Shown piece by piece: positions 12,201-24,200 of a DNA stretch of 64,000 bases. The stretch comes from Girardia tigrina. Taxonomy: Eukaryota. A model generated the notes under the pieces. The model was not told the origin of the DNA. It saw nothing but the letters and a program-made list of their open reading frames with translations, and searched no databases. Numbering within the stretch: position 1 is the stretch's first letter; each line of letters begins with the position of its first letter. The DNA lies in NCBI GenBank assembly GCA_001938485.1, contig MQRK01224568.1, positions 1 to 64,000 on the forward strand. The letters run 5' to 3'. The position numbers were made by a program, and so were the translations under genes.

Positions 12201-15200
12201 CGCCATTTAAAAATATATTTTAGGATAATATATTTCGACGGTTTAACCGTCATCATGAGATCACTGATTATGTTCTTTTTTATTGCTTTTACATAAGAAA
12301 ATGAATGATTATGCAATCACTTACGTAAGTCTAATCGAAAACTCTTAACAAATTAGTTGAGAGTGCTGTTTGAACATTGATTTTAGGATCACATGATCTT
12401 ATCAACAATGCNNNNNNNNNNNNNNNNNNNNNNNNNNNNNNNNNNNNNNNNNNNNNNNNNNNNNNNNNNNNNNNNNNNNNNNNNNNNNNNNNNNNNNNNN
12501 NNNNNNNNNNNNNNNNNNNNNNNNNNNNNNNNNNNNNNNNNNNNNNNNNNNNNNNNNNNNNNNNNNNNNNNNNNNNNNNNNNNNNNNNNNNNNNNNNNNN
12601 NNNNNNNNNNNNNNNNNNNNNNNNNNNNNNNNNNNNNNNNNNNNNNNNNNNNNNNNNNNNNNNNNNNNNNNNNNNNNNNNNNNNNNNNNNNNNNNNNNNN
12701 NNNNNNNNNNNNNNNNNNNNNNNNNNNNNNNNNNNNNNNNNNNNNNNNNNNNNNNNNNNNNNNNNNNNNNNNNNNNNNNNNNNNNNNNNNNNNNNNNNNN
12801 NNNNNNNNNNNNNNNNNNNNNNNNNNNNNNNNNNNNNNNNNNNNNNNNNNNNNNNNNNNNNNNNNNNNNNNNNNNNNNNNNNNNNNNNNNNNNNNNNNNN
12901 NNNNNNNNNNNNNNNNNNNNNNNNNNNNNNNNNNNNNNNNNNNNNNNNNNNNNNNNNNNNNNNNNNNNNNNNNNNNNNNNNNNNNNNNNNNNNNNNNNNN
13001 NNNNNNNNNNNNNNNNNNNNNNNNNNNNNNNNNNNNNNNNNNNNNNNNNNNNNNNNNNNNNNNNNNNNNNNNNNNNNNNNNNNNNNNNNNNNNNNNNNNN
13101 NNNNNNNNNNNNNNNNNNNNNNNNNNNNNNNNNNNNNNNNNNNNNNNNNNNNNNNNNNNNNNNNNNNNNNNNNNNNNNNNNNNNNNNNNNNNNNNNNNNN
13201 NNNNNNNNNNNNNNNNNNNNNNNNNNNNNNNNNNNNNNNNNNNNNNNNNNNNNNNNNNNNNNNNAGAGGCTAACGTCGGAGCCAATGGTGAACCCATTGC
13301 AACCCCATCTATTTGTTTGTACCATTCACCATTAAATAGAAAATGGACATTTGAAGTAGCAAATGTTAAGAGTTTTCGAAAATGTCACATACACCGGAGA
13401 GACCACGTCATCTCTGCAAACGAGTCCAAGAACACAGTCAAAAAAGGGGAAAGAGTAATATTGCTGAGCATAAAAAAACGTTTAAATGTAATATGAGCAT
13501 AAATGATTTTAAGATTTTGTGCATTTTAAAAATTATTGGGAGAGTGTCATGTGAAGCATTGTTGATAAGATCATGTGATCCTAAAATCAATATTCAAACA
13601 GCACTCTCAACTAATTTGTTAAGAGTTTTCGATTAGACTTACGTAAGTGATTGCATAATCATTCATTTTCTTATATAAAAGCAATAAAAAAGAACATAAT
13701 CAGTGATCTGATGATGACGGTTAAACCGTCGAAATATATTATCCTAAAATATATTTTTAAATGGCGTTTATTTGTTTATAATTAAAAATTTGTTCGAATA
13801 ATTGTTTATTAAAAACATTAACTAAAAGTTATCAATTTAGAACTATGTCGAATGACGAGAGTTTTGCTGAGAGTTGTCCAAAAGACAATTCTGATTGTAA
13901 TGAGAATAAAAGTTCGAAAACCCATGTTGGTGTTCTTAATAATTACAACATTTGAGACGAATATTCTCTGCATTTTTATTGCCCTTTAAGTTTTATTTAT
14001 ATTTTCATATTTCATTGATGGTCACAAAGGTTTTGTTGGTGCAATATCAATTATTTAACAACAGAAAATTCAGTAAATCATACTTAACAAAAGATCTGTT
14101 GTATTAAACAAAAAGAGAATTTAAAATTTTTGTAATCCAACTCTCTCGTCATGTTGTACAGACCCTGTCGAAGATCCGACCAGAAAAGGGTTATAGTACC
14201 CTCAAGCCAGCAATGCACTAATCAATATTTATTTTTATTTAATACCTTTTAACTATGTAATGTCGACCTATAAAACCTGATTTTACTATTAAATCATCTT
14301 GTTTTAACATTGTTTGTTTATGATCAATTCAATTTAAAAATTCCAATAATTAAAACAACAAATTATAAACTACTGACAATTTTAAGTAAACGGACACAAA
14401 TAAAACAACTGCAATGAAAATTTATAAAATTAAAAATATTTGCGTTTTTTAGAAAAATTTTATCGAATTAATTTGTTTTTTATCATTATTAATTTTTTAT
14501 TTATATATTTTATTTATTGTTTTATTTTATCCCAACTATTTCTAAAGCCATAAAATTGAAATTGAAAAATCATTTCTTTTATTATTGTTTTATTCATTGG
14601 ATTGTGAACGACTGTTGATCGTATGTAGTAGAAGAATCGGGTTTAGACCTTTCCGCAATTTAAAAAAATTAATGTATAATTAAATATATTTAAAACTTTG
14701 AATTACATACCCAAAGATGAAAGAATGTCTTCTTTTGAAAGAATATTAAAACCACTTTTATTTGCAAGAATTATACAAATTGTGACAGCAATTTATGAGC
14801 AGAATGATGTCCGTTAAAAAAAATTAATAGTCAAACATCTCGGTGTAAGCAACGACATTGACTCAGACACCTGAAGTAATAAATATGTGGAGGCATTACA
14901 TCACCTTCACAACTAACAACACCGAGAACCATCAAAGATGCTGGAAATTTTTTATGCATAACCATAGGTACCTCATCATGGCTTTTACACAGCCACCAAT
15001 CACTGTTGCTGTTCACCTTCTGGTCCTGAACAAAGTTCTTCTCGTCTGAGAAAGATGAGATCACAGAGCCGGATTATCCATTGTGTCAACTGTGCCTTGG
15101 CACAGGGCCCCAAGATTTTATGGGGCCCCCTGGACCCAGTCCCAAAAATGTGAAAAATATAAAACTCGTATTTCCGATTTTCCCCTATCTGACTCCGTAG

Positions 15201-18200
15201 TATGTGATTTTTTATTTAAAAAATAAATACGTCACGTCATGACATCATCACTAGTTCTTATTAGCAAGAGAAAATATTAATTTTAATAGATAAATCACAT
15301 TAATATTACAAAAAATTATTTAAAAATATTTATCGATAATCGATCAATCGGAAATAAAAAATGTCAGACAAGCGTGCTTATCTAAGTTGAGCGCTGAAAC
15401 GTAAGCGAAAAGTTGAACGGAAAGAAAAAGAATTAGTTAACAGTCAGAACATGAATTTGTTTAAATTGGGATTTACTGTAACATCGAACACTGTTAACTA
15501 TCAGTCGGAATCGAATATGAGCGTCATAGAAACTGACATGCTTTGTTCAGATTCTCAAAAATTAAACGTAGCTTCCGAAGAAGCTGAAATGTTATTTAAC
15601 TCTGAAGGAATTCATGAAAAAGACAATAGTGGTGAAATTCATTTAATTTAACCTCTTGAGGTTAAATTAAATGAATTTCACCACTATTGTCTTTTTCATG
15701 AATTCCTTCAGAGTTAGTCAAGTGGCTGAAGCGACTGAGGTGGAAAATCAAAACACATATTTGAATATTGAATAATCTTCACAGGATGTTCATGACTTTA
15801 CAAAGGTTGAATTTAGTAATGACTGTGCATTGTGCACTAACATTACTGATAATATTCGTGAATTTTGGCTTAGAAAAGATTCAAATGATTGCCAACATTA
15901 TGATGATGATTTCGAATCTTAGGAAAGAATTTATCCCGATGGTAGAAAGCGAAATTTTTCACGATGTCATTTATTCAGAAAACATGTATCTGATGAAAAG
16001 ATTTTAAGTTCGTGGCTGCTTTATTCACCGTCAAATGGAAGTATATTTTTCTTTTGCTTGTCGACTATTCAAGTCAAATTCAAATTCTGCATTTGTTTCT
16101 GACGATGGATTTAGCGACTGCAATCATTCGACAGCATGCATTTCTCAGCATGAAAATATTATATGTCATAGAGATGCCATGTTAACTTTAGCTACAAGAC
16201 AACAATATGTTGGTACAATAGACGGTCAAATAGAATTAGAATTTACAAAAGAAGTGGATTATTGGCGTAATATTCTAAAAAGAATTGTTGAAGTCATAAA
16301 GTTTTTAGCAGATCGAGGACTGGCATTTCGGGGAAATGATGAGTTGATAAATTCTTCCCCAAATGGTAATTATTTAGGAGTTTTTCAACTATTAAGTCAG
16401 TTTGATCCATTATTAAGTAACCATATTGATAAATATGGCAACCAGAGAAAAGGTAGAGCATCGTACTTGTCATCCACAATATGCGAAGAATTTATCCAGC
16501 TTATGGGTGATAAATTGCTAAAAATTATTTCAAAAGAAATTAAGGAGCAAAAATATTTTTCTGTTTCTGTTGATTCTACTCCAGATCTTAGTCACGTCGA
16601 TCAACTGACTGTTATCATACGATACGTTGATAATTTTCGGGATAAGTAGATAATGTTTCTACCACCAAATTCCAAAACCTGCATAATCGATTATATAACT
16701 TTGTTTTCTTTATCCACCATTGACATCAAACATCTTCTGTCACGATTAATAAGCGAAATCATGTCTCGTGAATAGAAGTCAGAGTATTTGGGAGCGAAAA
16801 CTGATCGAGTTTTATTTTGACATCATCTTCATTTGGAAAATGTTAGTCGGTCTACTTATGACTAAAAACGATGGTAAACAGTAGGAGAAATGTCTGAGCT
16901 ATATGCATATGTTGTAGAATCTTCCAGGCAACTTCTATCAACTCTTCTCTGGTTTTGTTTGTAATAAAAATAATCAATAATTAATTTGCTTTTTATTTCT
17001 TATTTTTTATTATTAAAACAAGCAAAAAGGAGCTTCTAAAAAATTATAAATAGTTCAAAAAATAATATTGTTATCCATTTAAAATAAAATGACTAATTCC
17101 GATTTTATGATTTATTAATTATAACACAATATCCATAATCTCGCCTATTTAATAAGGAAAATAGTGATGTTATATTGACTCACATTTTCAAAGCCTTTTC
17201 ATTGGTTTACACTCTCAAACATACACATACTATCAACATACATTCAGCATACATTCAACATCAGACAAGGAACCTATTTTATTGTATCATCATAACTGAC
17301 TTTACACAATCAATTTCATCAGCAATCACACAATAATTATTGTGTAATTAACCTTAGTTATTTCTGTTAGTAACAAGCAATATTTATTACGTAACTATTC
17401 CTACTCAACAAGTATGATTGCCATTTTTATGGTGTAACAGGAAAAATGTTGAGGTTTTTTTCGGTACCAAACATTTTCAGTATTGTTTTATTATAAAGTG
17501 TAAGTGTAACTTGTTTACTATTTTTGTTCTAGAGAATATGAGTGATCATAACCTTCATGACGTTGACGGCGAAAAGGCTCATGTTTTTATTGATACAAAA
17601 AATAATATGGAAATCAATACAAATTGTTTGAAATTATTTGTGAACATTGTTCTGAATTTTCCTTTTGGCAATCATCGCACTGTTGGACAACAGGCCTTGG
17701 AGTCGGTCTATAGCTTAATAAAATATGTTCCCGATAGATATCAGAAGTCGCTGATTTCTGATGATTTCATGGAAAAAATGATGTATTCTATTGAACGGAT
17801 TCTCAATACTAATGATTCTTCAGGTTTGTTATTTGATACTTAATATAAAGCGGTGTGTCCTAACCTTTTTGTGCCATGTCCCACACTAGTCTACCAAAAA
17901 TTGTTATTGTGCCCTCCACTTCCCTTCCTTTTCTCAGGAATATAATTATACTTAATTTTTGATATTTCAAAATTGATTGTTCATCGAAGTAAAACTAGAA
18001 AATTGTTAAGAAAAAACAGAAAATTTTCAAAATATTGATTAAAGAACGAAAAACTTCGAAAATGAGAAATATTTACCATGAAATATTATTGAATTTTATC
18101 AACAAAATAATTTTTTTAATTTTAATCTTTATAAATAAAGAGATTCTATGAATATTAAATTCTTATATAATTTTATCTTCTGAATTATTAAATTATTATC

Positions 18201-21200
18201 AGAAAGCTATGCTTTCTTGGGCGCTGTCCGCAGCAGCAGATATCGTATGATAATGTTATTAAATCTGCCGCCCGGCGACGGCTGCTGCTATGTCAATGTA
18301 TTAATGATATCGGTGGCAATTAGATTTAATGACATTGTGCCGACAGCGTCAAAGAAAATACAAAGAAAATAAATTTTTCCTTTATAAATTCAAGTCTCAT
18401 TTTGTTACCACTTTAAAAAGGTATAAAAACTAAATAAAATTATTTTTATTGAAATTTTCATTTTTTTATACCTTGATGAATATGTATACAATGGATAAAG
18501 AGAAGACGCGCTGTTTCTAGATAAAAATCCCATTTTCGGGTCAATCATTACTATATATATATATTAAACTAACACACTTTATGGAACGAAGAATTAATTA
18601 AAAAATATTTTACAATAAATGAACTTCATTTTTCTTAAAAATAAAACAAAAAACATCAAATACGATCAATTCTATTCTCGCAAACTAACGATTGGCAGCT
18701 ATCGGTTCCCTTTGAGAAATATATATATTGAAAATATAATTTGATTAAAGCTTTTTTTATATAATTATTGGACATGTTTCGATGTTTATATACATCATCA
18801 GCAGCAATTTTAATACAATTTTAATAGATACATTAACTTAAAAAGGTGTATTACGAATTAAATATTATTATTTATTAAAGTATTATTGGATAATAATGGC
18901 AAAAATATTTTAATTAAAAATTTTAAGTATAAACAAAGTTTATAAAAAAAGCTTTAATCAAATTAAATTTTCAAAATATTAAACTTGCGTTCACAAGACT
19001 CAATAATATATATATATAGATGAAACTTCTCACACTAAATACAATCTACTTAATTTTAGTCTTCACATCAAACTCAAAACAATTATAATTATTGTGAGTG
19101 TATTGTATAGTCCCGTCTTGGTAATACAACTAACTGGGAAAACACTTTCTTGTGAGTAACAATTTTGCCTCTTTCATGCGGTACATCTAGCAATTTCTTA
19201 TGTGTTTACAAGAAGGAATAAAATAATATCAGTGATAAAAAAGTAAGATTTGTTGTGAAATGATTTCGCCTATCGCCCACTAAAAATGATGTTCGCCAAA
19301 CATGTTGAAAATAAATTCAGTTGACGGTTGATGTAAAAACGATTTTTGAAGTCAAAACCTTCGTGTTCAGTGGCGTACCACAATTTCTGGTAAAATTAAT
19401 ATGAAAGAGTTGCATTTTCGATGCGGTTTTCAATTTAAAGAATAAGCATAGAAAATCTATAATGCTCGGTTCAAGCTCGATGACGCATTTATCATCCTCT
19501 CATTTCTGCCACCAACAGAAATTCAACAAAAAGAAACTTTTCAGGTATTCATATAATGAGATTCCCTTCTGTGTTCGTTTTATACTATTAATTTTATTTT
19601 AATTGTGTTGAGTTTGTGAAAACGTGAGTTCATCTTCATCAAAACTAACAGCGGTGAACACGCACATCCGCACATACTTTGTTTTCGAAAAAAGTTTGTT
19701 TCAAAAATGTTTTTTACCGTAAAATTTTCTATGAAATAACACTTCGTTTGATTAAAACTTCAATTTTTCATTATTGCACTATTTCTTCTTAAGAAACCAT
19801 TATAAAAAATGGTGTTCTATCATTAACTTTAACTTAATATAATTTTTTTATAAGTTAAAATTTGGCACTCGAAATGTAATTTAGTCTCCAATCAACATGG
19901 TTATTTGAAAATTGAATAAAATTTAAAATTTTCTGACGACCCCAGAACCTGTGGAATTAGGTACCAAGGAGTTGTGTGGTCGCGAATCAACATCATTTCC
20001 GGCTGATACAAAGATATCATTCATTTATTTTTTCTAAATTTTAAGAAGTTAACCAACAACACTTATTAGATTAAATGATCAATTAAACATTTAGACATTC
20101 TTAGCAAGTGTTTACACTGATTGCGTTAAATCAATAGCGAGTGCGGCTACCGTTGACAGTGATTATCCCACTGTCGCGGTTAGGCATTCAAGTCACCAAA
20201 TTCTTGTATCGTTCCTGAGAAATTTGTTCCGTCCAAACTACTTTGCTTTAGCTTCTAACGTTTTAACTTGTCTCACTCGATACCTTAAAATACCAAGTCC
20301 CAAAAGATAACTTGTTAACTTATTGATTTCCTTCTTTGCAAGACTTTCTCAAGGAAGAGAAATGTAAGCGCGAAATATTTTATTCTAGAAAATGTTTTAA
20401 AGAAAATTGGATTCTGAAATTTAGACTTATCAAACTAAAAAAATATTTTTCGTAATTTAATTTTCTTTGTCTTTAAATTTCCGTGAAACCTAAATCCAAA
20501 TAATTCAACAATTTATCCTTTGGATAAAATAATTCGTTCAGAGTAAACATAAACTTCCTTTTTCTGATTTTTGCCATCCAAAAATTATTGAACAAATTTT
20601 TCGTAAAAGAAATTTGACGTTTGTCAGTTTCTCTGAAGGATTTATTGTTCATGATAACAGAAAAAAATATGTTGTTATATTTTTTATAAAAAATAATTCT
20701 TTATTAATGAATATTAAGTTTCGTCTTTATAAAGAACACTAAAATGATTTTCGATATTTTTATTATTACTAAAATTGATTTGTCCTCACTACAATCATTA
20801 ACAAAACTGTCGTATTGTGAGGAATATTTTTGAATTGTGCTTATTACATGTTGTTGTAGGATTGTGTTTCTCCCACCGAGATGGAAGATTGATATTTTAA
20901 ATGTTTTAAAATGTCGGATTATTTGGACAATTTAAAAATGAAAATGACAACTTTAAAATTAAATTAATAAAACAAAAATAATATTTTTTAAATTAATTAA
21001 AATTATTTAGTACTTTAAATTGTAAATTATTTTGTAAATTAAATTTGTTTAAATAAATAAATATTTAAAAAGAGAATTAAAATTTTTATCAATCAGAAAC
21101 AATGACTAGCTAGGAAAGTTTTCTGGAGAATCATCCTGGTGACAATTTTAGTTGTGATATCAATAAATTTTTTGAAAATCCAATTAGTGTTCATAATACG

Positions 21201-24200
21201 TATGTTTGTATCATTCAATTGATTAATATTACTAATTTCAAATTATCTGAATTCGTTCCTAGAATATTTAAAAATATGACTCACAAATTTTATTAGTAAT
21301 ATTTAAAATTGATTTTAATTATTTTTAATAATATATTTTTAATAAATATAAAAATTAAATTTAAAATTAAAACTTAAATCAAATTAGATAATAAGAATTA
21401 AAATATTATTCAGTCATGTGGTTAGGAAAGATACAATCCCAAATCAACATACAACATTCAAACATTCCTCAAAGTCTTTCAATTACGAAATTATATTTCT
21501 ATATTATTTTGTACGAACACAAAACTCTTTATGCGATATGAGATTTATTCGTACATCTTTCGGTAGAATAGTTTATTTATCAATATATATTGCTGAACAT
21601 AGAAAGAAATGTAAAAGTATTTTTGAGATAAATAATTTTAAGGTTCTGGGTTCAAATTTTACAAATTATTGGGAGAGAGTTGTGTGTGAAGCTTTATTAA
21701 TCAGGACCCACAATCCTAAAATAAATGTTCAAGCGACAATCTAAACCAATTTATTAAAAATATTTAATTAAAAAGCGATTACATGAATTGATTACACAAT
21801 CACTGATTCCATATATATACGTTGTTTTGATCATTATTTGTTTTGTCTGATGATGACGGTGGTCCGTCGAAATTAATCATATGTTTTAAAAATAAAAATT
21901 TTCAAAATTTTGAATGGTGTTTGAATGAATTATTAAAATTTTGCCAAAAACAAAAGATGACAGTTTTTTTCCAGTACCCTTCACACAGAAATCATTTAGT
22001 CAGTGACTTCAGCTGATTCGCATAAATGGCATTTCACATTATTTTGAACTAAATAGGAGTGCTAGAATTGGATTGTATTAAGTGAGAGAAGTTTCGTGTC
22101 TGATATTGACAAATATTTTAATTATCAATGTTTTCATCCCATTATCCAACATAAGCTTTTTTAGTGGTAATTGATTACTGTCTTTATTCCATACGTTTCA
22201 TAAAATGAGACATTCTTTCGTATGATTGGATTATAACGAAAGAATTTAATCTCACCTAGCATTTTTTTAGAAAATTAAAATTTAATATTATAATTTCAAG
22301 AATTAAAATCAAATTAATTTTTAAATTAATTAAAAATCTCTAACCATACATAGAATTTTTAAGAAAAAGGTCAATTCGAAATTACAAGAATGTTTAATTC
22401 AATATTTTAAAAGTATATATTAAAAAGAAAAAAAGTAATTTAAAACCACACAACGATGGAAGCATATTAATTGGTTGAGTTTCTGGAGGAATTTAAATAA
22501 ATCTAACTACTCTTTGGTTAAATTATTTATTTACAGATATAATAATTGCAAATAACTTTTAGCAATTGAGTTTTATTAAGTCGTAACTGATTTTGTGTTA
22601 TTCTGAGAGTCTTTTCGGCTTCGAGATAAATTTTAACGTTTTAAATAATATACCTTACAATATATTTAAATATTTATGAATTAATTCTGATGAAAATTCT
22701 ATTTTTATAGGCGCTAATGTCGCTTTTTCAATTTTTTTATTAGCTCACTTTCATTAAAGAATGTATCGTTGTCAAAAAGGTGTGTTTCGGTAGTGATAAA
22801 AAGTTGATGCAAGTCTAATATTGTTCATATGTGACAAAAAAGTTTGTTTAAACTGCGTTTATACCTCCCACCAATTCAATTTTTGCTGGCATATATGTTC
22901 AGTGGCGTTGCATCCGATAAAATTGTTTTTTGGTAAGTGTTTGCTACAACAATGCCTATATAAGTGCTCTAATTTGTATTCAGTCAATGTGTTCGGAAAG
23001 AATTGAGTAAAGATCAGGAGTACCTTTACGAAAGATGCGAGGCAATAAAGTGTGGCTCTGTTTCCTCCACTTTTGAAAAGAGAGAGCGTGGTAAATTGGT
23101 ACATTCATGATGACTCACAGCAGCAAACAGAATTCTGCGACTTTATGTCTCAACTACGTCACCATCAGAGGAGCTTCTTGTCTTAACAGATCTTAACATT
23201 CTTCTCGTTTATGCGCCGATGTGGTTTCATATAAAATTGAATCCACAGTGTTATCAAGGAGAAAGGCACGTATGGAGCCTGATTAAATTCTCCTGTTTTC
23301 TTCCTGATGGTAGTCGTCATGTTGTGAATGCAGGCGTACAAAGAAATGCTTATTTTGTTCACCCAGAAAATATCATTTGGTCATGCTAGTTGACGAAGAA
23401 AACGAAGTAAGACAAATGATACTAAGAAGAATCAAAGAAGAAAGACGAGGTATGAAGACTTATCGTGGTGTAAGAAGATTTCGCATTCCCTCAATAAACT
23501 GTATAGCTGAGAGCTACTGTGATCTGGTGAATTGGGATGATTGTGAACGAGGAGAGCCTCCATTGCTAGCCAATATTAGTGATGAAGATATTGATGCAGT
23601 CGTAAAAACATCTCAGAAGTTCGAATTTCCGAATATTCCGTGCCACTCTCAAACTTTTGAACGTAATCTCAAACTGGTAACGGAAGCTGTCAGTGCTGTA
23701 CACGGACCTTTGCGAAGAGATGGCTATATCCGAGCTAGACTTCTTTCTAGAAAAGCTGTTCCTATTTATTCCTCTAAGCAGGATTGGAATTTCGATTAAC
23801 ATATCTCAATCTATACTGTAATTATTCACAGTTTCTACTTGTTTTGTTTTTATCCCTATGAGGGGTTAATTTAAATTTTTATCTCGCCTGAATAGTTTAT
23901 TATTTTTTAATTTAAGGGTAAAATATTTTTATGTTAATATGCTTATTCAATATTTTAAAATTAAAAATGATATAATAAAACAACTATTAAAAAATCAAAA
24001 ACGTTTTTAAAAAGTAAAATATTTTTAATGTGTTTCTAAATATTTTAAAAAAATTAAAAATGATATAATAAAAGAAAATCATAAAAAATAAAATTTAATA
24101 TTTAAAAATAAAAAATATCTTTTAATGTATCTATTAAATATCTTAAAATTAAAAATGTCAAGAAAACAAAAATATTAAATATTTATTTATAAATAAAAAT

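Larger units (their letters stand above)
12165..13777. mobile_element. Penelope-like element with inverted structure: minus-strand arm with RT fragment and tail, + strand arm with GIY-YIG C-terminus and tail
   Basis: Minus strand YKQIDGVAMGSPLAPTLA (RT); + strand TPERPRHLCKRVQEH..IAEH..CEALLI..PKINIQ; 12190-12411 is the reverse complement of 13556-13777; 15-bp TSD ataattaaaaatttg. Confidence 0.88.
11786..13941 (+). mobile_element. Solo LTR family A, copy 4, interrupted by a Penelope insertion
   Basis: TGTGAGG...CTTAATA; perfect TSD attac (11781-11785 / 13942-13946). Confidence 0.9.

Noticed and set aside
12377-13496. Long ORFs in the track across N runs (also ~2530, ~34270, ~56100)
   Set aside because: They consist of X residues from assembly gaps.
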